This document shows, in pieces, positions 38,321 through 47,642 of a stretch of DNA of 59,145 bases. The translations under genes were made by a program, and so were the position numbers. The DNA is taken from NCBI GenBank assembly GCA_964624275.1, contig CAZUXP010000003.1, positions 1 to 59,145 on the forward strand, read 5' to 3'. The notes under the pieces are model-generated. The model made no database searches, was not told the origin of the DNA, and saw nothing but the letters and a program-made list of their open reading frames with translations. This DNA comes from an uncultured Methanosarcinales archaeon. Its GTDB lineage: Archaea; Nanobdellota; Nanobdellia; Woesearchaeales; DATGWN01. The stretch's first letter is position 1, and the number at the start of each line of letters is the position of its first letter.

Positions 38321-39517
38321 ATGTTCGACCTTAAACTTCAATCATTTTTTGAATTTTGGCGGGAACAGAAATTTATTCAAAGTCAGAATTCGCAGAATTC
38401 AAAAATATCTGGTGACTTATTATTAATTCCAAGAAGACTTGTCCAAGTTAAAAAAGAAAAAGCAAGTACCTTGATTTGGTATATTCAAAACGGTATGTCG
38501 CAAAAAGCATCCCAGTTAAAATTACCGACAAGTCTTACAAATGTTGCATTAAGATCAGGTTTGAGAGGTTGTATTATTAAAAATGATGATGGGAGTTATA
38601 CGAAATTAAAAGGTGTTTTTCCCCGTTTACGATATGATTTTAAAAGAAAATCTGAAAACGGACTTCTGACAAAAACAAGTGCTGTACGTGATTTTTCATT
38701 TTCATTTGGACATTATGTTGCACTAAAAAGAAATAATATGTCTGTTTTTTCCAAACCTATCTTTTTAGAAACAGATTTAGACAAGAATTTATCATATCAA
38801 CAACAACTTGATTTGTTATTATCAAAAGCTGTTGGTGTTCATATACCTCCCCTTAATGACATTGGGGATTATTCAAGTATTGAAAAAATAATTCTTGCTT
38901 ATAATAGTAATGAAATCACTGAAAATTTACCAGTTGTCATTGGTTTTCAAGTACAAGCAGATACAAGATTAGATGAATTCTTATATCACACTACGCATCG
39001 GAATCAAGAAATAGCACTTTCTGCATCATTTATAGGTGGTATAGGTTTTGGAAAATTTTTAGAGAGCGATTTGAGTTTAGGAATAAATGACCATATAGGA
39101 AATATTGTTTTAGGAGAAAAGAATGGGTTTATTTACTCACAGATGGTTGATTTTGATACCGCTTATTATGAACAAATTCAAGGTACTAATGGAGATCATC
39201 TTCTACCAACTTCTCAATCAACATTACATTTTTTTCGTGAACGAATTCAAAAAGCATTACCTTATTTACTTGGAAGTTTTCACACTCAAACGACTTATAG
39301 TGGTGCTAAAAGATTAAAGTATAAAAGTTTTACTCCAAAATTAAAAGAGCGTTGTACTAATGCATTTAAGACCGGTTTATATACATACATCTACGATTCT
39401 TACGGTCAAATATTTGCAAATTCTTGTATGAGTTTACAAAAAAAAAAAGCATTATTTCCAAAAATATTTCCATTAAGTAAAAGCCATATTGATGAAGCTC
39501 TCGCAAATACCAAATAA
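38321..39517 (+). CDS. Hypothetical protein, possibly a protein-kinase-like fold
   Basis: NDHIGNIVL then MVDFDTA loosely resemble a kinase catalytic loop (D-x-x-x-N) and a DFG-like metal-binding motif. Confidence 0.4.
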   Translation: MFDLKLQSFFEFWREQKFIQSQNSQNSKISGDLLLIPRRLVQVKKEKASTLIWYIQNGMSQKASQLKLPTSLTNVALRSGLRGCIIKNDDGSYTKLKGVFPRLRYDFKRKSENGLLTKTSAVRDFSFSFGHYVALKRNNMSVFSKPIFLETDLDKNLSYQQQLDLLLSKAVGVHIPPLNDIGDYSSIEKIILAYNSNEITENLPVVIGFQVQADTRLDEFLYHTTHRNQEIALSASFIGGIGFGKFLESDLSLGINDHIGNIVLGEKNGFIYSQMVDFDTAYYEQIQGTNGDHLLPTSQSTLHFFRERIQKALPYLLGSFHTQTTYSGAKRLKYKSFTPKLKERCTNAFKTGLYTYIYDSYGQIFANSCMSLQKKKALFPKIFPLSKSHIDEALANTK

Positions 39518-39536
39518 CTCTATTAAAATTATGACA

Positions 39537-40223
39537 TCACATATTTTTACAAAACATTAACTCAGTTTCAGTTTGCGTAATACACAAAAAACCATCTTCA
39601 GAAAATGTTGCAAGATCTGAAGCTTTTAAGTACTGATTCTCACACATAAAACGAATAAAACGACCCTTAATATGTTTTCCGAAATGTCCTGCAGGTTTTA
39701 AAAAGCCATTTTTTTTTATCTGAAAATTTATTCGTATTCCGTGTTCATAGTACACAGCTTTTCGCTGTTCTTCTGCTAACAAATCAATCACATAGAAATG
39801 TTGTAATTTTTTTGATAATATTGGTCTCCAATATGAATCTAATTTTAATTTACTTAATTTAATTTTGTATTCAGGAATACATTCATTTGGTTTTACCAGT
39901 CCAAACATCGCAGAAACTATTCGAAAATGTACATGAAAAAATGTTTGAGCTTTTTTTGATAAAGTATCATACTCAATTGCATTATACACAACTCCCGTAT
40001 ATCGCTTTATTGCAGGAAATGTTTGCGACTTTAATAAATTTGCATTTAGTGCATGTGCATCTTGTGCATTTTTTCCTTTCACTCCATACAATTTTTCAAC
40101 ATCATCTTGTTTCTGTATTAATTCTACAACTTTTCCAGTTTCACTTTTTATATTTTCAAGTGGTTTTTGATCGCCACCTTGAGATTTACCTTCACTTGGA
40201 GGTATTAAAACTAAGACATTCAT
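39537..40223 (-). CDS. yaaA: YaaA/DUF328 family protein
   Basis: MNVLVLIPPSEGKSQGG N-terminus and IKRYTGVVYNAI. Confidence 0.7.
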   Translation of the reverse strand: MNVLVLIPPSEGKSQGGDQKPLENIKSETGKVVELIQKQDDVEKLYGVKGKNAQDAHALNANLLKSQTFPAIKRYTGVVYNAIEYDTLSKKAQTFFHVHFRIVSAMFGLVKPNECIPEYKIKLSKLKLDSYWRPILSKKLQHFYVIDLLAEEQRKAVYYEHGIRINFQIKKNGFLKPAGHFGKHIKGRFIRFMCENQYLKASDLATFSEDGFLCITQTETELMFCKNM

Positions 40224-40486
40224 TCTTCTAAACTCCTTTTTGACTTTGTAAATGCATCTTTTAGCGAAATATTTCCACGTGTGACTGAATAACAGTAATT
40301 CCCAAATTTACTGCATCGAACCTCGAGCCACTCACCAGTTGATGTTTTTAAACTCGGATCATTACTACAATCTTTATGTTCTTTACACACGTTTAGTTTT
40401 AATGGATTTTTATGTAAAGCTTTTTTTCCACAATATGGACACCAATCAGTTTTATATTCACCATATTTTTTTGGAATTCGTTTCAT
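40220..40486 (-). CDS. Small zinc-ribbon protein
   Basis: CPYCGKK...CKEHKDC plus a later Cys pair. 4-nt overlap with yaaA. Confidence 0.5.
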   Translation of the reverse strand: MKRIPKKYGEYKTDWCPYCGKKALHKNPLKLNVCKEHKDCSNDPSLKTSTGEWLEVRCSKFGNYCYSVTRGNISLKDAFTKSKRSLEE

Positions 40487-40496
40487 AAATACACCT

Positions 40497-40892
40497 TTAT
40501 TTTTTCAAAAATCGCTTTAATGATATTTTTAAACTATACGGCAACGAAATATCTTTTGGTATCTCACGTATCCAGCGAAATTCATCATGTTCTTCATTTA
40601 GTACAACGTTACCACTAATATATTCACATAACACATATGTCACAACAATGGTAGATTTTGTATCATCACCGATAAAATGTTTTGTTCCGATTACTTTGAG
40701 AGGAGAAATAACTAAATCTACTTCTTCACGAACTTCTCGATGTAAAGCTTGGATTGCACTTTCATTTTGTTCAACTCCACCACCTGGTGTTGACCACCTT
40801 CCAGGACTATGCACATCATTTTTTGAACGTTTCACAAGTAAGATCTCGTCATCTTTTTGAATAAGTGCCTTTACAACATAATAAATATCCAT
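40497..40892 (-). CDS. NUDIX hydrolase
   Basis: Nudix box GGGVEQNESAIQALHREVREEVDL. Confidence 0.85.
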   Translation of the reverse strand: MDIYYVVKALIQKDDEILLVKRSKNDVHSPGRWSTPGGGVEQNESAIQALHREVREEVDLVISPLKVIGTKHFIGDDTKSTIVVTYVLCEYISGNVVLNEEHDEFRWIREIPKDISLPYSLKISLKRFLKK

Positions 40893-40975
40893 ACAATTAA
40901 AAAAACGAACAGAATATAAAAAGGTAATGGTTTTATATATGACTACCTATTTATACATTTAATGTATCAATATTC

Positions 40976-43087
40976 TCAATATACCACAATGTCAGTTTGT
41001 GACAACGGTTCTAATCGTAATCTTTTCAAATCTTCAAGCGTATTAATATCGTTTGCTCTGAGTAAATACGGAGATTTTGTATATAATACATCACCTATGT
41101 ACAAACTTCGCTCAACACCAAACTGCCAAATATTTTCGACACCTTGTGAATGTGAAACTAAACCTAACAATGAAACATCATCTTGCGTTATTTCAAAAAC
41201 AAGTGCACCAGCATAGTTTTGAGAAGAATCACGCCAATCTTGATTTTGAACTGGTATAACAAGTCGTTGACGATTTTTATCAAGTAAAAATGCTTTATGT
41301 TCAAATAATACGCTTGAATATGCTCGTGAATCATTACCAATATATGTTGCAATTTCACGAGGATTTTGAACATCTTCTACATCAAAAAGCGATATTTTCA
41401 AACCAACTGTTTGTCCGCGTTCATCTACTTCTTGACCAATACCAATTACGATTTCATCCGAATAAGGATGTAAATATCGGGAATAACCAGGTATTTTTAA
41501 TTCACCTTCAATTAGAATATTTTGAGGATCAGCTAAGTTAATTACAAAAAAAGGATCAATTTCTTCAAATGTAACCATATACAGAGTTTCACCAACATAA
41601 CGTGTTGCAAAAATACTTTCAGTTTCTGCAATACCACTAACCGAATCAAGTTTATTCATTTGTGAATCAAATGTAAATACTGAATTTGAAGATGGGACAG
41701 AAGAATCGCGTGATTGAGGAGGTATAGGTCTTGGCATAATACTATCTCCTACCTCTGAATTTTCAGCAACCTCTGGTAACCAACGTTGGGGAATCGTTGC
41801 TACAACTCGAAAAACACCATCATATTCATCCATTGCAAATTGATTATGAAGTCTTCCTGCTATGGTTGTGTTTGCAACTGGTGATATATCAGTTTTATCA
41901 TAAGAAAACTTCTGAATATGGGTAAAAACTGATGATTCTAACTCTTCAATATATGTTCGATATCGACTTTGCATTTCTTCTTCAATTTTTTTTTGTGTTT
42001 GTGTATCTAATTCAAGGCTTAATTCATGATACACTTGCATTATTTTTGCTTCTTTTTCATATTGTGATAAAATATCAGACTCAGTTTCTTGTATTCTTTG
42101 AATTAAATCACGTTCTTCTGAACCTACATAAGGTTTTAGTAATTCTTTTAAAATTTCTTGTTGGACTTCATATGACTGAATATGTTCTGTTGAAGCGAAA
42201 TATATTGCTGAATGTGACATATAAAAATGATTTACTCTATCAATAAAAAACACATCAACACTATGAGAATGTGTTTGAACATCAAAAGTATGAATCGATA
42301 CGGATTGGATATCTTCAGCTTGAGGATCATATTGAACATCATCAAGAGAAATACTCATTTCAACTGGATTTTCAACACCTCCAAACATGATTGGTAAAGG
42401 ATTTGCGACATCAGGACTCATCTGCGTTATAATATAGATGTGTTCATCAACAAGTCGCGCTTGAACATAGTTTCCTTGAGTTTTATATGAATCTATTTTT
42501 TGAGGTTTATCTTTTTGAGAAATATCAAGTATATCAATAGTTGTAAAACTTCGATAAGTTGGCATTATGTGAAAATTACGATCTGAAAAAAATGACTGTC
42601 CCAAGTGCTCAGAACCAATTACATACAATGAATCATCATGAATAAATAATGAAATAGGTTGTGAACTCATATTATATTGTGCAATCACTTTTGCGTCTTC
42701 AGCTGAATCTGATTGAATAATAAAAAGTGTTTTATCTGTAATTGTATAAATATACTCACCATCGGTTTTGATTATATCAGCTTCATCAATACCTTGAACT
42801 TGTACATTTGTTTGAGAAAAATCTTTTGATGATTGGGATGGCGCAGATGAATCAAGTGGCACACTCTCGGATACTTCCATCATATTACCTGAAAGAGCCC
42901 GTTGATTGGTATTTTGTGGAGTCTGAAATAAAAATTGTAGTTCTTCAACAGACTGAGGTTTTACAAAATCACCACCTTGCATTGTATTATCTATTTGTGT
43001 ACATGCACTAAATGTAAATAAACTTACAATAAGTAAAATGTAAATTTGTATTTTAAATGTATTTTTTTTCATAAATAATTTCACCAT
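40976..43087 (-). CDS. Secreted beta-propeller-domain protein (Pfam Beta_propel type)
   Basis: TNVQVQGIDEADIIKTDGEYIYTI is the family signature. Lipobox-like signal LFTFSAC. Confidence 0.8.
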   Translation of the reverse strand: MVKLFMKKNTFKIQIYILLIVSLFTFSACTQIDNTMQGGDFVKPQSVEELQFLFQTPQNTNQRALSGNMMEVSESVPLDSSAPSQSSKDFSQTNVQVQGIDEADIIKTDGEYIYTITDKTLFIIQSDSAEDAKVIAQYNMSSQPISLFIHDDSLYVIGSEHLGQSFFSDRNFHIMPTYRSFTTIDILDISQKDKPQKIDSYKTQGNYVQARLVDEHIYIITQMSPDVANPLPIMFGGVENPVEMSISLDDVQYDPQAEDIQSVSIHTFDVQTHSHSVDVFFIDRVNHFYMSHSAIYFASTEHIQSYEVQQEILKELLKPYVGSEERDLIQRIQETESDILSQYEKEAKIMQVYHELSLELDTQTQKKIEEEMQSRYRTYIEELESSVFTHIQKFSYDKTDISPVANTTIAGRLHNQFAMDEYDGVFRVVATIPQRWLPEVAENSEVGDSIMPRPIPPQSRDSSVPSSNSVFTFDSQMNKLDSVSGIAETESIFATRYVGETLYMVTFEEIDPFFVINLADPQNILIEGELKIPGYSRYLHPYSDEIVIGIGQEVDERGQTVGLKISLFDVEDVQNPREIATYIGNDSRAYSSVLFEHKAFLLDKNRQRLVIPVQNQDWRDSSQNYAGALVFEITQDDVSLLGLVSHSQGVENIWQFGVERSLYIGDVLYTKSPYLLRANDINTLEDLKRLRLEPLSQTDIVVY

Positions 43088-43187
43088 TCTGCATTTAACG
43101 TAAAGCTTATTTATATATTCTATGATAACTTTTATTAAAATGGAAGTTATTTAAGTCTACTTACTTAACTCTAATTAGCTATACAAC

Positions 43188-43775
43188 TTAATTCTGCTTA
43201 TCTTTTAGATATAAAACAAAATGAAGCAAACTTATTATCAATACTATTATTAAAAAAAAGAGACTAAATAAAAATAAAAAACTCGGTTCACTTGTCGTTG
43301 TCACTGCGACATCTTCAGCAGCCATCATCATTGAAGACTCCGATTCAACCATTGCTCGTTGAGCAGACAATGGAACTACAGAACTTTTTGAAGTAATATA
43401 GGAATATAAACTCAAACCCCCCATAAAAACAAGAATCGCTGGGATAATTTGCTGCAAAAATGATATAGAAAATGATGGTTTTGAAGAAATAATAATATGA
43501 TTATTACTTAACGCATAATAATTTATTTCTCGACCTTTCTTTGAATATGTGTATGCTTCATTTTTTACCAAACCTACTGCAACTAATTGTTTTATGTTAT
43601 AATGAATTGTGGGTAGAGGAATCTGAAGTTTTTTTGCTAATTCAGATTCAGTGAATGATTTTTCTTCTAATTGCGATAAAATTTTTTTCGCAGTTTTGTT
43701 TGAAAGAATTTGGGTTAATTGCGCAGTCTTTTCATTTGAAAGTTTAACCACTTGATACTCATTTTTTTTACTCAT
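43188..43775 (-). CDS. ArsR-family HTH regulator with C-terminal TM segments
   Basis: KKILSQLEEKSFTESELAKKLQIPLPTIHYNIKQLVAVGLV, then two hydrophobic helices. Confidence 0.75.
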   Translation of the reverse strand: MSKKNEYQVVKLSNEKTAQLTQILSNKTAKKILSQLEEKSFTESELAKKLQIPLPTIHYNIKQLVAVGLVKNEAYTYSKKGREINYYALSNNHIIISSKPSFSISFLQQIIPAILVFMGGLSLYSYITSKSSVVPLSAQRAMVESESSMMMAAEDVAVTTTSEPSFLFLFSLFFLIIVLIISLLHFVLYLKDKQN

Positions 43776-43867
43776 ACTAATAGTATAATGTGTTTGAATT
43801 TAAAAATGTAATTTTTTTAAAATAATTACTTTAGAAAAAATAAAATAGAAAATAGCCTTATCTAAGA

Positions 43868-43969
43868 CTATGCTCGTAATCGTCTTCGTTTTTCTTTCTT
43901 AATCTTTTTCCGTTGCCACTTCCAACGCATTTGACCTTTTTTCTTCCATCTACGTGAACTTCTTTTCAT
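43868..43969 (-). CDS. rpl41e: Ribosomal protein eL41 (L41e), 33 aa, absent from the ORF track
   Basis: The minus strand encodes MKRSSRRWKKKGQMRWKWQRKKIKKEKRRRLRA. This matches the archaeal L41e pattern KRSSRRWKKKG-x-MRWKW as I recall it. Confidence 0.7.
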   Translation of the reverse strand: MKRSSRRWKKKGQMRWKWQRKKIKKEKRRRLRA

Positions 43970-44158
43970 AAAAGTGCAGAAAAATACGCGATTTATAAAT
44001 GTTTGTTTTTAACGAAGGATTTCTACTGATAAATTTGCAAAACACCGTATTTTAGAAGATAAGTTGTTATATAAAATTACAATATATCTACAAGCTTCAT
44101 CCAAAAATAATTTTAGAGAAGATACACATTTTACAATAAAGTCAGAAAATTCAGTGAT

Positions 44159-44183
44159 TGTTGAACAATTATATTGTTCAACA
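44159..44183. terminator. Perfect 11-bp-arm palindrome downstream of the doxX/cyt-b5 pair
   Basis: TGTTGAACAAT-TAT-ATTGTTCAACA. It could be a terminator hairpin or a dimeric operator. Confidence 0.3.
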
Positions 44184-44276
44184 CCGTTGGAAGACGTAAC
44201 TTTTCAACGATTGTCTGCAACTGAATTTTTGTAATTGCTCATAGCGGGACTCTTGAGTGAAATTTGCGTGCGTATT

Positions 44277-44726
44277 TTATCTAATTACGTTATTTTTGGA
44301 TGAAGCCGAGAGCAACAATCGTTTCTGCCATTTTTTTGAAAAACGGTTTTTGATAGTTGAATCTAATGCCCACAGTTGGTCTTTTAAAAGTGCTAACGAA
44401 ATTAGTGCGATAGTCAGTCCGAAATCTCGCACACCGGTTGCAATGAATCCAACACTGAGTGTAATAGAACCCATATGTACTGCAAGAAGTATTGAAGTAA
44501 TTCGAGTGAATAAACCAAATACCAAAAATGTTGCAAGTATGATTTCTGAAATCCCATTAAAAAAACTGAGATTTTGAGCAGAAATTCCAACTAAATTTAC
44601 TACAAAATCTGGAACGTAATATGCAAACATTTGTGGATTAATAATTTGCATGATTCCAAACCAGTAAAAAACAAGTGCCATTCCAATTCGAAGTACAAAT
44701 CCTGCATATTTATTGGAGTCTTCCAA
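44277..44726 (-). CDS. DoxX-family membrane protein
   Basis: FVLRIGMALVFYWFGIMQI and four TM helices. Confidence 0.6.
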   Translation of the reverse strand: MEDSNKYAGFVLRIGMALVFYWFGIMQIINPQMFAYYVPDFVVNLVGISAQNLSFFNGISEIILATFLVFGLFTRITSILLAVHMGSITLSVGFIATGVRDFGLTIALISLALLKDQLWALDSTIKNRFSKKWQKRLLLSASSKNNVIR

Positions 44727-45084
44727 TTACTTCACCTTCTTGCTGTAATACACTTACTTGTCGTTGTCCGTGTTGACTTGAAAACGCAGCTTCAAATTGC
44801 TCAGCAGTTCCGCAATGACGAATAATTGCTTGTGCACCACCTGGATGATTTGCTAAAAAATTAGTCACATCATATACAATACCTTGATATGCAACCCAAC
44901 ATTCATTTGTAGAATTTTTTTTTTCTAATTCAATCCTTGAAACTGTCTTCAATTCAGTTTTATCTTGACCATCAATTAAAAAACCAACATCATCAGGATT
45001 CGTTACTTGAAAATTATTTTGTGTGCAAGCGTTTAGAATCACTAATGTGCAAACAATGAGTATGAATATGTAATAAAACTTCAT
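44710..45084 (-). CDS. Exported cytochrome b5-like heme-binding domain protein
   Basis: CWVAYQGIVYDVTNFLANHPGG. Signal with lipobox-like LNAC. Confidence 0.8.
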   Translation of the reverse strand: MKFYYIFILIVCTLVILNACTQNNFQVTNPDDVGFLIDGQDKTELKTVSRIELEKKNSTNECWVAYQGIVYDVTNFLANHPGGAQAIIRHCGTAEQFEAAFSSQHGQRQVSVLQQEGEVIGRLQ

Positions 45085-45145
45085 ACAATGTATTATTAGT
45101 ATTGAATTTAAAAAGATAGTGAAAAAAAAGTGTTATCAAACACAT

Positions 45146-46564
45146 TTATCGTGTTCGATTAGTATAATTTCGTTTCGGACGACCTTGAGATGAGTTTCTA
45201 CTTGAACTTCTATTTGCGCCTTGCGAAGATTCTCTTCTAAAACTTGATCGTTCTTTATCTCTTCTTGAACCTGAGTTTGCACCTTGTGAAGATCCTTTAC
45301 TAAAACCTGATCGTTCTCTATCTCTTCTTGAACCTCGGTTTGCACCTTGTGAAGATCCTCTACTAAAACGTGAACGCCCACCTTGTGGTGATGAATTTTT
45401 GATTTCAATATTTCGTTCATAAAACATCTTTTCTAGTTGTGGTACTTCTACACGAGTTATATTTTCAGAATAGACGCTTTCAAACGCTTCATGATCTCGA
45501 TGTGAGAGTATTGTTACAGCAACACCTTTTTCTCCGGCTCGTGCAGTTCGTCCAATTCTATGTAAATAATCTTGTTCGGATTTAGGTACATCATAATTAT
45601 AGACATATTGAACATTTTTAATATCTAGTCCACGCGCTGCAACATCAGTTGCAACAAGTATGTTTACTTGTTCTTTTTTTAAGAGTTCAATTGCTTTAAG
45701 TCGTTTATTTTGCGTTAAACCACCATGAATTGCGATTGCATTTATTTTTTGTTTGTTCAAGTTTGCAGCTAGGATATCAACTTCTCGTCTTGTCGCACAA
45801 AATATCAATGATAAACCATCAGGATTTTCTTTTAATGAATGTACTAAAAGTGAAAATTTCTGTCGTGCATCGACATCATAATAAATTTGTCGTAATTTAG
45901 ACTTATCAACTAAAATATCACTTGTAATTTCTTTAGGATCTTTGAGTGTTTTTTTGATTAGTCGTCGAATTGGTGCTGGCATTGTTGCACTAAATAATAG
46001 TGTTTGTTTTTTCTTTGGAAGTTTTGAGATGATTTTTTCAACATCGTCTAAAAATCCCATTTCAAGCATTTTATCTGCTTCGTCTAAGACACAGTATCGA
46101 ACATCATCTAAGTTAATAGATTTTTGTTGCATGTGATCTAATAATCGACCAGGTGTTGCGACAACCACTTGACTTTTTTTAAGTGCTCTAATTTGTGGTT
46201 CGTATCCGACTCCACCGTAAATACTTGTGACAGAGACATCGATGAATTTTGAAAAATCATTTATTGCATCAGCTACTTGAACACAGAGTTCTCGTGTAGG
46301 AGTTAAAATTAATGCTTGAATTTTTTTCGTATCATGAAGATGAATATCTTGTAAGATAGGTAATCCAAAAGCTGCTGTTTTACCAGAACCTGTTGCTGAA
46401 TGACCTAATACGTCATGTCCTTCTAATATAAGTGGAATCGTCTTTTCTTGAATTTGGGTAAATGTTGTAAAACCCATTTTTTGTACTGCTTCGGCAATAT
46501 CTTTGTGAAGTTGATCTATATTCATTGTATTTTTATACTCTCTCAATTCAGAAATTTTTACCAC
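45146..46564 (-). CDS. DEAD-box RNA helicase with a repetitive Arg/Ser/Gly-rich tail
   Basis: Q motif FTQIQ, ATGSGKT, DEAD, SAT and HRIGRTAR. Confidence 0.92.
   Translation of the reverse strand: MVKISELREYKNTMNIDQLHKDIAEAVQKMGFTTFTQIQEKTIPLILEGHDVLGHSATGSGKTAAFGLPILQDIHLHDTKKIQALILTPTRELCVQVADAINDFSKFIDVSVTSIYGGVGYEPQIRALKKSQVVVATPGRLLDHMQQKSINLDDVRYCVLDEADKMLEMGFLDDVEKIISKLPKKKQTLLFSATMPAPIRRLIKKTLKDPKEITSDILVDKSKLRQIYYDVDARQKFSLLVHSLKENPDGLSLIFCATRREVDILAANLNKQKINAIAIHGGLTQNKRLKAIELLKKEQVNILVATDVAARGLDIKNVQYVYNYDVPKSEQDYLHRIGRTARAGEKGVAVTILSHRDHEAFESVYSENITRVEVPQLEKMFYERNIEIKNSSPQGGRSRFSRGSSQGANRGSRRDRERSGFSKGSSQGANSGSRRDKERSSFRRESSQGANRSSSRNSSQGRPKRNYTNRTR
45160..45376 (-). repeat. About three tandem ~63-nt coding repeats in the helicase tail
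   Basis: Peptide units ..GSSQGANRGSRRDRERSG / ..GSSQGANSGSRRDKERSS / ..ESSQGANRSSSR. The repeat is visible in the DNA, e.g. gtttgcaccttgtgaagatcct occurring twice. Confidence 0.7.
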
Positions 46565-46682
46565 TGAAATGACTTTTTTATATCTGTAGAACTCTTGTTG
46601 TCTTTATAAAATCTCTTGTTTGGTTAAAAAAGACCTTTTTTGTGAGAAGTTTTTTAAATAACACTCGTTTTATACCCCTCAT

Positions 46683-47129
46683 ATGAGTAATGAGAAACCA
46701 AAACCAAAAAGTCCGCAACGCCCACCAGCAAAAAAAGGTGGAAGTAAATTTAAAAGTACAAAACCACCCTACAAAAAACCTGATGTTAAAAAACCCTTTA
46801 ACAAATTTAACAATTCAGATTCTGAAGAAAACCAGTTTTTTCGAGTGCGAATGCCTCGTAATAATGAAGTTATTGGTATAATTGATCAACGAGTTGGTGG
46901 TTCACGAATGAAAGTTAGGTGTATGGATGGAAAAGTTCGACTTTGTCGTATTCCTGGTCGATTAAAACGAAAACTTTGGACACGTGAAGGCGATATTTTA
47001 ATTATTGAACCGTGGGAATTCGGTGGAGACGAGAAAGGTGATGTTGTCTACAAATATAAACCAAATCACATTCCAATTCTAAAGAAAAAAGGTGTTTTAG
47101 ATTTAGATGAAGAATATGAAGAATTCTGA
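46683..47129 (+). CDS. eif1a: Translation initiation factor aIF-1A with a long basic N-terminal extension and an acidic C-terminus
   Basis: S1/OB core RVRMPRNNEVIGIIDQRVGGSRMKVRCMDGKVRLCRIPGRLKRKLWTREGDILIIEPW. Confidence 0.88.
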   Translation: MSNEKPKPKSPQRPPAKKGGSKFKSTKPPYKKPDVKKPFNKFNNSDSEENQFFRVRMPRNNEVIGIIDQRVGGSRMKVRCMDGKVRLCRIPGRLKRKLWTREGDILIIEPWEFGGDEKGDVVYKYKPNHIPILKKKGVLDLDEEYEEF

Positions 47130-47196
47130 TGTTTTTGTATCCATCGAGTGGTGACAAATAGAAACATTTATATATGATTTCGTACAACTTTTTTTT

Positions 47197-47589
47197 ATGA
47201 AACAAAATACGCATTTAGATGATCGATTCATGAGTAATTTTAGTCAAAGTAAAAACTCAATTCGGCGAACAACAATTGGTGCATTAGCACTCGGTATTGT
47301 AAGTCTAGGGTATGTGGGTCATCTTTTGCATTCTGTCAGTAAAGATTTTGATATTCGTCAGTCTGAAAGTCGAATAGAGATGTTATTAGAAAAAGATTCG
47401 TCACAAATTCAACCAGATGAATTAAAATTTTATGCAAATCGAATTGGAATTGGTGATGAATACCTTTTAGAATTAGATAATGCTCGTTCGCAAGTTCCAG
47501 TTGATGTTTTTAGAGAAAACGAAGGTGCATTTTCACAAGCAACCCTGCGTTTGGTGTTTGAAAAATACAAAAGTCCGTATAATAAATAA
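47197..47589 (+). CDS. Hypothetical membrane-anchored protein
   Basis: 130-aa ORF with a single TM helix, TTIGALALGIVSLGYVGHLL. Confidence 0.4.
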   Translation: MKQNTHLDDRFMSNFSQSKNSIRRTTIGALALGIVSLGYVGHLLHSVSKDFDIRQSESRIEMLLEKDSSQIQPDELKFYANRIGIGDEYLLELDNARSQVPVDVFRENEGAFSQATLRLVFEKYKSPYNK

Positions 47590-47642
47590 ATTATGGGATT
47601 TAATTTCGGAGTTTTTTTAAACATTAACATTTTTCTTTTTGT

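Noticed and set aside
45136-45420. 94-aa ORF overlapping the 3' end of the DEAD-box helicase in another frame
   Set aside because: It exists only because the 63-nt tandem repeat keeps an alternative frame open, and its peptide is itself repetitive. The helicase frame is continuous with conserved motifs.
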